From Bugula neritina (taxonomy: Eukaryota; Animalia; Bryozoa): a DNA stretch of 64,000 nucleotides. The stretch spans positions 20,538,628 through 20,602,627 of the forward strand of contig OZ037767.1 of the NCBI GenBank assembly GCA_964035545.1. The letters run 5' to 3'. The notes below the pieces were generated by a model, which was given only the letters and a program-made list of their open reading frames with translations, had not been told where the DNA came from and did not search any database. A program made the translations under genes and the position numbers. Below, in pieces: positions 38,201 through 51,340 of the stretch (its first letter is position 1; every line of letters starts with the position of its first letter).

Positions 38201-41200
38201 CTTTAGCCATCGTGCGGCAGAAGTCTGCATGTAGTATACGGTAGTGTACAGTAGAGTATCAGTAGAGTAGAGTATACAGTAGTATACAGAGTAGAGTATA
38301 CAGAGTAGAGTATACAGTAGTATACAGAGTAGAGTATACAGAGTAGAGTATACAGAGTAGAGTATACAGAGTAGAGTATACAGAGTAGAGTATCAGTAGA
38401 GTAGAGTATACAGTAATATACAGAGTAGAGTATACAGTAGTATACAGAGTAGAGTATACAGTAGTATACAGAGTAGAGTATACAGTAGTATACAGTAATG
38501 TACAGAGTATAGAGTAGTGAATAGAGTAGTGCAGAGTAGAGTAGAGAGTATTATAAAGTAGTAAAAATAGTTAAATCAAGAGCTTTGCGTGTCATAGCAA
38601 GGCTTTAAAAGGATGAATATTCAAAATACTCTAAATTCCTTAAATTCTATGAGAATTGATAAGTAGTTGAACAAGAAGAAGCAGTTAGTAACTAGATAAC
38701 ATCATACTAAACCACTATCATACTAAACCACTACCACACTACACCACTATCATACTAAACCACTACCATACTAAACCACTACCACACTACACCACTATCA
38801 TACTAAACCACTACCACACTAAACCACTACTATACTAAACCACTACCACACTACACCACTATCATACTAAACCACTATCATCACATGACTATCATCACAT
38901 GACTATCATCACATGACTGACCCGTAAGTTCGGTAACAGAAGCCCCGCCCGACTTGATTTGTGCCACGTCCTCTGGAGTGATCCCAGTCGAGTAAATTGA
39001 TTTGCCAGACGCCTGCATCTGCGCCACTCTCTTGCTGCAAAGGAAGTAAAATGCAAGAGTAAATATGACATCTCAACAGACAGGAAGTTGGAGGTGTGGC
39101 CTAGTGAGCTGGGTTGGTGTAATTACACACTTGAGCATACAAGAGCTGAGAGCAGCTGAACCTTACAACATGCTCTGCTCTCTACATAATTGTTACCGAC
39201 TGCATGAGACAACCGGGTGTCTTTCCATGTCAGCCACAACAGTTTGTGAGTTCAGTTTTAGCAAATAATTTATCACTAAACATAGAGACAATGTGAGACA
39301 CCAGATTGTACATACATTGCTATACGCCGCAGTTTCTCTTTGTCAATAAAGAATGGCTGCTCAGAGCTCTCTCGCTGCTGTCTCCTGTCTCTAGACCGAC
39401 TTCTTGACCGTGACCTTCGAGAACTCCTTTTATGACCTCGAGAGTACCTAGAGTGTTTAAAATACCAGCAGACATTGTCAGACGTATCAACATACCAGCA
39501 GATATTGGCAGATTCAAAAGCAAACAAATTGGCAGATAAATATAAATACAGAAAATTAGTTACATGACATACCGATCTCGATCATGATAATCACGTCGAT
39601 CTCTCCGTTTCTCACGATCACTACTGCGATCTCTGTTCCGTCGTTCTGAACTTCTATCCCGCTCGATTCTGCTACTGGAAGATTTCTGCTTCCACACTTC
39701 TTTCTCTTTCTCTGATTTTTCTTTCTCCGATTCTGATTGTTCATTCTTTTTCTATAAAATATTAACTTACTTCATCTAGAGATTCATAACTCCAAGATAA
39801 ATTTAGATCATTGAAAATATTGTATTTCAGGAACTCGGAAAAGATGAATATCAAATAAACCGTTCAAATAGAAAAGTATTGCGAATAGAATATTGCACTG
39901 CCAATAAAAGCCCGGGAGATAAAACAGATTGTCATAACTCTAAACTCGCAATGCACTTCTGGCTATAGTCCTGATATTAGATAGGGTAGGCTACAGGCTT
40001 TGCTAAGATCATACTGCCACCATGGTTGAGGGCGTTTAGATGCGATACAAAACTATGACCAGATGCTTTTCCTGGCACCAATGGCTCTTCAATCCACCAT
40101 AATATGTGTCAAACCAGTATTTCTAAACCTTAGCTTATAGCAAGATTTTAAACTCTGCTCGAAAGATAACAAAACATGGCAATTATAAACTTTCCCAATT
40201 TACCATGATTTAGACATACATTTCCCTTGTTTAAAGCACTACCCCTCCACCACTTGAGTGACGTGCATAGCCCCACCCAACCTACCGGGGAAGGAACATT
40301 GAAAAACTCGGGGTCTAGCTCAGGATCCTCATCTTTCTTAGACTCTTTTTCTGAATCCTCGTCATCTCTAGACTTTCTACTTCTCTTCTCCTTTTTATAT
40401 TTCTTCTCCTTCTTTGACTTCTTCTCCCTCTTTCTCTTGCTACTGTACTCATCTAGTCCCTTGCTCTGCACATCTGTAATAGTAGTTATTCCCAGTCTAG
40501 TAAATTTAAAGTAAATTTAAGTAAAGACCACAGCTGTGGAACTTCATACATTTTTCTATTTGAGACCCTGGCCTAGTAAAACATTAATGATTGCATGTCA
40601 AGCTAATAGAGAAGGCCGGGCTAACAGAGTAGGCCGGGCTAACAGAGTAGGCCGGGCTAACAGAGTAGGCCGTGCTAACAGAGTAGGCCAGGCTAACAGA
40701 GTAGGCCAGGCTAATAGAGTAGGCCGGGCTAACAGAGTAGGCCGAGCTAACAGAGTAGGCTGGGCTAACAAAGTAGGCCAGGCTAACAGAGGACATGACC
40801 AGAAATTCGCTCAGTAAACATGATTACAGATATCATACACTCCAACAAACCATGACGAAACACTTCTCACCTGCATCCTGATCCATCTCCCCCCTAAGTG
40901 ATGGTATTTCCTCATTCATTTCATTCAACTTGTTGCTCGTCTCGACTACCTACACAAATACATCTCACAGTGTGAATTGTATGTCACAGTAGTGTATGTC
41001 ACAGTAGTGTATGTCACAGTAGTGTATGTCACAGTAGTGTATGTCACAGTAGTGTAGTGTATGTCACAGTAGTGTGGTCTAAGTTGTGTAAAGTAAATAA
41101 AAGAGAGATATACATACACCCAACACAGTTGACGAAGCAACATGTAATATTTTACAGAATATATCTATATTGGAAGGAAACAACAAGGCTGGTAACTTCC

Positions 41201-44200
41201 AGTATATTATGTAATCCTATATTTCTGGACTTTCGTATAAAAATTTTCGACTTGATTTTCGAAACAGGGAAACATAAAGTTCACCAATGCATACAGTGCA
41301 GGTAAACTTACATAACCCTGTCTTACCTGCGGGTTGTAAAAATGGGACTAAAGACCATTTCCACGAGATTACACTATGCTGGGTGCATCATGTGACCACC
41401 TCATGTGACCACCTCATCTTTCCAGCAGATCTTTCACCTGGTTGTAGGAGCTTTTAACTGCCAATCATATGACAATACAACTACGTGTCTGCAAGTAGTT
41501 GTATTGTCATCACCATGACAACAGCTAGCCTGAGCACATTGGCCAAGTCAATAAACCCAGGCTAGCCTCAGCCCTTTGCAGAAGCCGTAAGTCCATTGCC
41601 TCGACGGCAATGAACTTACGGCTTCCAGGAAACACCTCACACAGCATCCAGGATGTCACATCTTAGTGGCAAGTGTGACAAGTGTCATGTGACATCCTGC
41701 TGGCAATCTGCGATTGGCTACCGGTGCTCACTAAGCTTTTGATTTTACATAAGTATTACTTTTTTGTTTTTGAGAGTTTATACTGAGTACTCAAAGTGAT
41801 TGAATGGGGAAGTGATCATGCGACCAGTAGACTTGGCTGCCAGAGCCGGAGGTGGATAGACAGGGGGGGGGGGGCACGTGGCAGTTAGGGTAACTCATCT
41901 CCAACTAACATCTCATAAAATTGGAAGCAACCTCATTCGAAAATCAAAATCGTTAGTCTGAAAAGGTGAATCCCGTATTTTTGAGAGTCAAAGGAACGTT
42001 TGGGTAGAATGAAAAACTTAAAACACAATAAATTCTATTTTAGACTTAATTTTTAATAAGTTTCAACTCAATTTCAGTCTTTTATATAAAAGCTAGATTA
42101 GAAAAGCCTGCTAGGTGCAAGAGTATATAGTTTATGTGAGCTTATGAGCTTCAAAACCAAACACTAATTTCTAATTAATGATGCATGTAATGAGAAGATA
42201 AATCTTAGTCATAAAAACACTTGAAATCTAACTCAATTTTTTCAGTGTATGCTAAATACAAAATTCAGGTCTCAAATCTCAACAAATTTTCACCCCATTC
42301 AACCATTACTCGATGACATACATGCAGACATTTTATAACTTCCATTAAAATGTTGGATGTGAGTTACCAGAAGCCAAACATGTGCCCTACTCTTTATTCA
42401 GCTAACATCTAATCGACCTGACTTCAACACTTCGTACCTGCTGATTGCCTTGACTAGTCTTAAACTGTCTGAACAGGTCATCGACAATTCTTTCGGATTC
42501 CGTGGCTGTGCTGAAATGTAAACAAGAATAGTTATATCACGTACTCAGAAGTTACCAGCACACAATACTGGCAAGCTGTATTGTAGCAATACATTCATTG
42601 AAATACTAACGCAGATAGAGTATAACAAGTTGAAAGTGTTGCAATATCATGGGTAAAATGGGGAACATATTATTTATTATAAACCACCTGATATGACACC
42701 AGCTACATCTCATATAACTAAAAGCTTCAGAAATATAAAAAACAACTTTTCTTTTTAGACAGTCTTCACATCTACAGCTGCTCACGATCACACCAGGTAA
42801 GTTCAGTCTACACTATTTAAAAGTCAAGGACACTCAAAGGTAGCATACTTGCTATAGCTCGTGGACGAGGAACTTAGCTGAGCTCCATCACGGGTCGTAT
42901 CAACTTTTCTCCCCTGATCGGCTTCTTTCTGCGCTCTCTGCTTCAGAAGAGCCAACTTCTCCTGTATTAGTTGCTTTGGGTCTCTCTTCTTCAGCCCAAA
43001 GTTCAACACTGCGTAAACAAACTCAGCTTCAGTTCCTCATAACTCAGCTATTGTTTAAAAAAGTTAAGATCTATTGACCTTAATATACATACAGACATGG
43101 ACATTAGAAAGACACATTTTGGGATAGAGAAGCTCAAAAGTGAAGTAAGAAGTATTTTCTATGTGAACTTTTGTCTGCCTACATGGCTGAGCATATTTTA
43201 TGGTGTATAAAAGACCGTATTGTTCAGCTTTCTGCTGACACCCTGAAAGGCAGATGACTTTCACAGGCTCTATAGCACCTTACTGTATTACTCTAAAACT
43301 TTAGATTTAACGACTTTAGGAATCATAGTTACATCTACTGCAGAAATATACTCAGAGATGTAGGAATGAAAATTTTTCACAAAATTTCACGAGATCTCCT
43401 TTTCGGAGGAAAATTTTCATGGGAAGTAGATTCAACAAGCCTTGGGCAAATAAATACAAACATTATATGTAGGAAAAACTTAGAGCCGAGTAGATAAGAA
43501 TGTAATATAGAAAAAAGAAGCTATTTGATTAGTGTATCCTGTTCCAGGAGCTGGAGATTTCTAGAATCAGTCACACAGGTACACAGAAGATATATGATAA
43601 GAATGATAAAGACCAACCTGTTTGCTGACCGTCTCTATCATTTCCATAATCCACCCAACCGTCTTCATCAGCCGACATTGGAACTGTAGGATACGGTGCA
43701 ACTTCCCTTCCGTCAGCATCCACCTCCACAGCTTCAAATCTATAAGAGTGTGAATTATATAAATACTATGATACCGAGCATTGTACAGCCTTATCAGAAT
43801 TTATAAAGTAAGTTAAACTGGTTTTAGTTAGAAGCAATTTCCACACACTTGCAAGAATTGTAAATTACATCATTAGGTTCACATCATTGTCATAAATTGT
43901 ATTATGATTATTCATCGTGATTTATTCATTGTGTTAAAATAGCACTCTGTTTAAGTCACATTGATTTAAGTATTCCTTAGCTTGACTAAGCAGACTTCCC
44001 AATGTATTTATTTGGCTTGACTTGTTGACATGATTTTAAAACATTTACATAAAAGTTCCTTAAACTCTGAGTGATTCAGCATTCAGAATTACAAAGTTTG
44101 ATCCTAACACAACTAATACTGAACTAAATTGTGCTTCAAATGTATTATTGTAATTGATCAGCGCCATTCCTTTTAATCAACTACTAAAAGTATTGATTAG

Positions 44201-44797
44201 GTTTAAAGACTTGCAAAACATTGTTTAACCCACCACCATGACTTGAGTTGCTTGAGCTTGCTTTGCTAGTAGAATAGTTCACAAAGGAAATTCTCAACTA
44301 CTTATGATTTGACTGTTTTAGCATAGTCACAAACATAGTCACAAAATTAGGTAATCTTATAAACAGTGTTTATAAGATTACCTAATTTTGTGACTATGTT
44401 TTTGTTTAAACAACTCAATAGTTTAGATAGTCAAAACGTAATGACTACTCGACCTAAAATTAATTTATAATATAAATATTGCCTATTGGCTATTGCCATT
44501 GGGCTTTGCCTTCAGCTTGATCATGATGATGATGGTCATGGTAATATTTATATTTATATTCATAATGAATGATTCACAAATTAAATGACAATCATGATTA
44601 TGATGATAATCATAAAATTATTATGATCGTGATGATAAACCAATGTGAATATTAATATCACAATGACAATCATATTCATAATGGTAATATTATTATTAAA
44701 TTTAATCATGAATCACGATCATGATGATGATCATGATGATCATCATCATCATGGTGTTCATAATATTATAAAGATTTTGAACTTACATGTTTTCCAT
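35244..44797 (-). CDS. SON: Protein SON homolog (RS region, G-patch, dsRNA-binding domain), 16 coding exons, ~882 aa
   Basis: Exons: 44787-44797, 43618-43739, 42849-43008, 42438-42510, 40871-40949, 40286-40473, 39573-39751, 39316-39447, 38922-39034, 38082-38224, 37648-37833, 37201-37305, 36682-36955, 36394-36528, 36053-36168, 35244-35876; phases consistent. Motifs: Lys-rich KKSKKEKK, RSRSRSRSR, IDKEKLRRIA, FPVSSG, G-patch GIGQFLLQKMGWNEGQGLGK, dsRBD KHPVSSLMEICSKRKWNPP...KKQAK. Confidence 0.9.
36185..36405. repeat. ~30-bp tandem repeat containing copies of a SON splice donor
   Basis: CACCTGTTAGAGTA units; the minus strand reads TACTCTAACAG|GTG. Confidence 0.85.
38240..38915. repeat. Two minisatellites (GAGTAGAGTATACA; ACTAAACCACTACCAC) at either end of one SON intron
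   Basis: Visible arrays at ~38240-38500 and ~38700-38915. Confidence 0.88.
40600..40790. repeat. 18-bp minisatellite in a SON intron
   Basis: (GCTAACAGAGTAGGCCGG)n. Confidence 0.92.
44331..44401. repeat. Perfect 71-bp palindrome (35-bp arms, 1-nt spacer)
   Basis: AAACATAGTCACAAAATTAGGTAATCTTATAAACA-G-TGTTTATAAGATTACCTAATTTTGTGACTATGTTT. Confidence 0.95.
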
Positions 44798-46204
44798 ATC
44801 TATATAACTTATTAATTATATTGAAAGGGGCCAGTTTTGAAGTTTAGTGACAATCAAAAGATATTCTAATTCACCACACCATCCATCACAAATGATGTTT
44901 AAAAAATGCGTACTTATAGCGTTCGTTTCAAGTAAATTACAAGTCGACTTTACAATCAAATCCAATGCGAAAACCGTCAGTAGCCAAGTTTTGTAATGTT
45001 GACGTACTTTTATTACTGCAGGTGAAACCTATGGATTTTAATATTTTGTTAAAAAAATTACCTAACTCCCAATTGTGCGTTACAAATAAATATGTTTTTT
45101 TAGAGGAAATAACTCCTTATACTTATGCTCCTCCGCAGGATTACAGATTTGGCATTACAGAATCCTATACTAATGCATATTAGTATTAACTATTATGTAT
45201 GCAGTATGTATTGTAAAAATTTGCAAAAACATCATAACTATATTTACTTCTGTGTAGATTATTACATTTGTGTGCTTGATATTTAATACACTTGACACTA
45301 CCAGCAAAAGTGACTTTATTATTTCAATAACAATCCCAGTGTTTTCACTTGCAGCAGGAAAAAATTCACCATATCACATGCAATCAATGCTGCTATACCA
45401 ATTGCTTTATAAATTATGTCAAAACATTATTTCAATTAGCATGCTATACGACATAATATTTATAGTTTATTTCAATAAACATGCAATATCCAACAGATCA
45501 GGAGACTCTGGATATACATACATATATTCAAGTTACTACTAGCTGTAGTTTTTATCTCAGAGACATATACGTAGGTTGTTTGGTGATAAAAACATATACA
45601 TATATACATTATATGTGTAATTACAGTAATAAACAAATGCAGAACTATAATAGATTAAAAAGAACATAAGTTAATAGTTGATGTTTCAGCATAGAGAATA
45701 ATGACCACTTTTTGTTGTAAAATAAGATTCAACAGTCTTTAGCAACTTTCTATTTAATTTAACTTTAGAGCAACAGATTTTGTTTTGTTTACAGGATATA
45801 GCTTTAGTGTCACTGTCACCATTATTCCTAATTCTCCTTCTAATGTAACAAAGTACATTGTAAAATGTAGATTTGAAAGTTGATTTCTTGGCAGTATCTG
45901 GGGAGACAACTTCATCATCATCTCCCTCTTCAATATCTTTCACTGTTATCTGATGGTCTACCACTTTCTCAAACACACATACTCCATCATCTAACCCATC
46001 TTTACCAATAGCACTCTTCCCTTTTTAATAAAGGCTTTCATCTCTATAACTTCACCTGGATTTCTAAAACATGTTTTTATAGATTGTCACATTGGCTTGC
46101 ATTCACATAGAGAGTTTTATTGTAGCAATACATGTAGCCTACATTTCACCTGCTTATATGTAATCCACATTAGCGGTATATCACAAAGTTAAGCTATATA
46201 TATA

Positions 46205-46470
46205 ATACGCTCTCATTTAATGCTCAGCAATGACATTAAATGATTGAGCACTCTCACCATGGTCACAAACTCAAGCTGCTAGCATTTTGCAATGCTCGTG
46301 ACTCTTAGGTGACCCCTAGAGTCACTTGAGCACTCTGGCTTGAGTTTACACACCTTTTAAATATGCTTTAGTAAAACTATAAGTTTTACTATTGCGAAGG
46401 TGTGGGCAATGGTACTCTGTTCTGTGCTGATGAGGGGACAAATCCCGAAACAGCTGCTGTCCACAGATTG
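46205..46470 (+). mobile_element. Retrozyme-like / Penelope-associated non-autonomous element carrying the hammerhead
   Basis: ~270 nt with several nested hairpins, ending in the hammerhead, flanked by TA runs. Absent from the paralogous segment at ~62680-62810. Confidence 0.6.
46421..46467 (+). ncRNA. Type I hammerhead ribozyme
   Basis: TCTGTG-CTGATGA-GGGG ACAAA TCCC-GAAA-CAGC T GCTG-TC-CACAGA. Stem I TCTGTG/CACAGA, intact CUGAUGA and GAAA cores, stem II, stem III, GUC cleavage triplet (cut after 46461). Confidence 0.85.
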
Positions 46471-46471
46471 A

Positions 46472-46587
<116 letters not shown>

Positions 46588-47212
46588 ATCACTACCAAAA
46601 ACCAAGTAAATTTTGTAACAAGTATACTTTGGAATTGTAGTCCCTGCTGCATGTTTTCTGCTGTGATGTGCATTGAGTCATCCATCATGTATAGCATTAC
46701 GTACTAACTAGTAACTTTTTCAAGTATTTAATTAAACATTGTATTAATATTTAAGGGAGTAACAAGTTTCAGCCTATAATGACAAATTTCAGCAAGCTTT
46801 ATCTTCTATAATTAAATACTATGAACGTTAATGAAATAAATGTATAGGTAATCATAGAAAACAATATATATTAATAAGCTATACATTTTCTGCTTCACAA
46901 CGTTTATATAAGTTAAACAAATAAACTTACTCAGTAAGAGTGTAGGTTGGAGAGACAATCTCATTTACACCAGTAATCAGAGATGTATTATCAGAGATTT
47001 TTCTAGAAGACATTCTATGAATATTGATCCAATGATATATCCGAGAACAGAAATAGTATAGTATACAGCTTGCTTTACCAAGAGATAGATGCAGAGTGAA
47101 CTTTTGGTCATTTTGATTGTTGAACTATTCGCAAGACGCAACGTATCATTCAAATTTGTTTATTGTTGACATCATGCAATTATATATATATACATAGATA
47201 TGTCCACAGATT

Positions 47213-47290
<78 letters not shown>

Positions 47291-48099
47291 CCTATATGTG
47301 TGCGTGCGTGTGTGTGTGCGTGCGTGTGTGTGTATTGCATTTCTTCATCTGTCAATACATGGAATTGAGGCAAACATAAAGTTATAGTTACAATCAAATT
47401 AATAGTAAACTTTAGAAAACACTTGGCGGTTGAGAAAACTTAATGAAATAATTTATATTTTGTAGAATAATAATATAAAATACAGGTTAACTAATGAATA
47501 TAAACATAACATAGTATTGTAAAGTAATAATATATCATAAAGTAGTATAAAGAGTAAGTACAGTACCATGTAAATGAGACAGAAAGTACAAAACTTAAAA
47601 ATGCTAATTTGTTAGCAGATAGCCTTGCAATAGAACATTATAATAGTAAATTATAGTAGATAAAACTATCCAATCAGAAGTGTTGATACATGCAGAGCAT
47701 AATATGAATTCAACTAATAAATGGGCACACAATTGTCATCTTAGTAAATATTTGACTTGGACTGCACTAAGTTCACTTGAGCCCTTATAATATCTATTCA
47801 TTTTATTGGGTCAATATAAAACAGAACAGGATTACTAACTATACATGTTGATATTCAACATTCAACATTTCCACAATGATTCTACTAAATTTCTCAGCAA
47901 TAAAAGTTTTGTTAACTCTCTTAATGAGTGCAAGAGTTACTTAACGTTCATCTGTAAAGTGACTAACGGAGAACAGACGACTGACGGACAGGATAAACCG
48001 AATCTCTTTTATCACCTTCTGGTTTATTATATCCAGACTGTGATAACTCTGCTTTCCACCAGGCTGCAAACTCCCAACCTCACGCATCATTCACATATA

Positions 48100-51000
48100 A
48101 TGATGCAGATAGAGCAAAGTGTGCAAACCTGCTTTGCAAGTCAGAACTAACGTGCCATCTGACGCAGTTCGTGCAAGCGTTCAAAGACTCAGTGCCTGTA
48201 AAATGTGACTCATGTAACCAATTTACATGCACTATCTGTCACAGTCCATTTATGAAACAGGCAGGCCTCTCACTACATCTTAGAAAGGCTCACAGCAATC
48301 TATATCATGCCGCTTTACCAGCTGTAACAAATCAGAGTTGGAATTATGAAACCCTATCTGAAGTTGCAAGATGGGAGACGAAGTATGAAGGAGTTAGGAA
48401 CATTAATCAGAAGATCCAGGCGAAACTACCGATGTACACGATCGAACAAATTAAAGGAGTCAGAAACAAAAATCCTCAGTATCGAGAGATATTGGACACT
48501 ATCCAGAATGAACGGAATGAAGAAAGGACTACATCAACGGACGAAGCAGACACCAACAGCCCTACAAACCAACATGGAACGCTTGAACCTAACTTCGAAA
48601 ACCATCTTAAATATATTGATTTTATATGATTTGTAGCAAGTTACCACTAGCAGCTAATCCAAAGACATTAGTAGGCTGTCAAAGCTTTATCAATAGAGTG
48701 TTTGAATCACTCTTCCCAAACAAAGGAACGAAGTCAAAAGGGGTAAAAGTTATCCACCAAAAAGAATAGTACTATCAGGTCGGAAGAGACGAAAGGAAAT
48801 GTTTAAGAAGGTACAGAATGAAATGAAATCTGATCCCAAGATCGTTATTAATCAGATTATATCTGGTACCTACGAGGAAGATGAAGGCCCGATACCATCC
48901 ACGGCTGAAGCCTACTGGCGGAATCTATTCCAAAGTAAGTAAATTGCCGACAATAGACAGCTTGGAGCTCAAAACATCTACAACGAGCTTATCCAGCCCA
49001 TTACACTAATTGAGATAACTAATGTACTACGTAAAAAGTCGAAAGGATCGCCAGACATTGACGGGTACACCTAGAGGAACCTCAAGAAGGTGGACATAAC
49101 TCTTTTAGTGTCGTGTTTCAACCTATGGCTGTTAAGTAGTAGGTCGCCATCTAGTATGTCAAAAGGTATCACTACTCTCATACCTAAAGTCATAGGTACC
49201 AAAAATCCTGCCGAGTTCAGGCCCATCACTGTTACATCTACGCTCAGTCGCCTATTCCACTGCATACTTGGTGAACCATTCGCAAATACGCTACCATATA
49301 GCAATTGTCAAAAAGGTTTTAAGAAGGGCGACGGCCTCTATTTCAACTCAAAGCTTCTTCAAAAGGTCATCAGTGAAGCAAAAACCAAGTACAAGAACCT
49401 TAAACTAGCTTTCGTCGATGTCTCCAAGGCGTTTGACAGTGTATCCCATCACACACTCTGGGTTGCCTGTAGGCGTCTCGGTGTCCCCGAACACCTCATT
49501 AGCTACCTAAAACGCTTCTATGCAGCCGGAACCACCCAGCTGAAGCTCACAGGAAGAGTAGGTAATGAGCTAGAGACTAACAGAGGAATAAAACAAGGCG
49601 ACGCACTATCTGTGCACCTTTTCAACGCAGTGATAGAGCTCTGTACTAACAATCTGGAGAGCAATATCCACTACAAATTCGGCACCGGTGCCAAAGTAAC
49701 TTTCATGGCTTACGCTGATGACATTGTACTATTTAGCCAGACAGATGCTGGATTAAAGCAAAACTTTACAATTCTCGAAGAACAATTAAGTAAGTGCGGA
49801 CTCTCGATCAATTACGGAAAAAGCGCCACGCTCGGAATAACTTGTAAACAAAAGAAATGGCTGTGTAACCCACGAACCATCTTGAAGGTCAACCAAAAAG
49901 AAGTGGCGGCATTAACTATCAACGATACTTATAAGTATCTGGGCGCCAAAATAGGTGCGTTGGGAGCAATACACACACCCAAAGATGATTACTTAAAAGC
50001 ACTTAACAACATTACCAGAGCGCCACTCAAGCCACAACAACGGCTCAAGATTCTAAGAGACCATCTATTTCCAAAACTGTTGCACCAACTAGTAATCTCA
50101 ACAGTTAGAAGTGTCAGCCTCACACCTGGATTCTCTGACTAGATCTTTTGTGAAGCAATGGCTGAAAATAAAAATAAATTGCTCCAAGGCAATTTTCCAC
50201 GCATCTATTGAAGACAGTGAACTTGGGATTCTATCATTTCTCTACCAAGTACCACTACAAAGATACAACAGAAACTGCCGGCTACTCACATACAATGACT
50301 CACTAACAGATGTCATCACCTGCAACCAACCTACCTCAGCGCCTACCATCGCAGGAATTCCCCTTACATCTAGGGAATGTGTCAAAGAACACTTTCAAGA
50401 ACTACTACATAGCTCTGTGGATGAAAAAAGACTCATCCACCATCGACCATGCCTCAAAGTACATCAATGGGTCAGGTCATCGACCCATGCATGGCTGACA
50501 GGCCGGGACTTCATCAGAGCCATTCATCTCAGGCACAACCTCTTGCCGAGTGGCATGATGCTCTCTCGCATGAGCAGTTTACACTCAAAAAGTTGTCTTG
50601 TGTGCGTAAATGCACCACACACTGTCGCTCATATTCTGCAGCAGCGTCCACGTTCTCATGGAGGAAGGATTAAGAGACATGACGCCATCTGCAAATTCGT
50701 CTCAGACACAATGTCAAAGGCAGATTTTAACGTTGATTGGGAACCTCGGTTCCGGACCAGTGAGGGAATACTGAAGCCAGATCTAGTAGTGAAAAAAGAC
50801 AACTGTGCCCACGTTATAGACGTGGCTATCTGCAGTGATGGAATCAACCCCGAAAAAGTATACAATGATAAAGTTGCTAAGTACAGACCAGTTGTTGAAG
50901 CTCTCGAGGGTACTTTCAGTGAAATCAAGATATCGGCCTTTGTCATAAACTGGAGAGGTGCTATTGCCAAGAAAACGATCTCTGACTTTAAGCCCTTCGT

Positions 51001-51245
51001 TACACCCAACGCTTTTGCCACTGTCTCTGTAGGAACATTGTAGTATGGTAATCGACTGTAGTCAGCTTCTCTGAAGCCGAAGTGATAACGGGTTAGACAT
51101 ATGGACAGGGAACATCGCTGTCAAACTATTGTGCCCCTCGTATACGGGCCTAAATAGTATACAAATTCAAAACCATCTTTTATCCATTCAGGCTATTATT
51201 ATGATATTATGGATATACGGGTAAGCGGGCGGGACATTTTAAACA
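48100..51245 (+). mobile_element. Decayed R2-clade (RLE-type) non-LTR retrotransposon
   Basis: C2H2 finger CTICHSPFMKQAGLSLHLRKAH and Myb-like segment (48171-48629); RT (FRPIT, CQKGF, FVDVSKAFDSV, GIKQGDALS, AYADD; 49090-50142); degenerate CCHC, RHD and RLE endonuclease (KPDLVV, VIDVAI, KVAKY; 50111-51043). In-frame stops near 48627, 48940, 49072 and a frameshift near 50125. Termini approximate. Confidence 0.9.
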
Positions 51246-51340
51246 TGATTTTATGTAAGCATGATGTGTTCTAGAGGATGAAAAATTATAAGTTCTGTAA
51301 TCAATAGCTAGTGTGTTTAGAAGCTTATGCAGTTTCTAAT

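Noticed and set aside
40474-40496. Alternative upstream acceptor for a SON exon at 40497
   Set aside because: Out of phase with the preceding exon; the acceptor at 40474 keeps the frame.
50656-51021. 121-aa minus-strand ORF
   Set aside because: Antisense shadow of the R2 endonuclease region.
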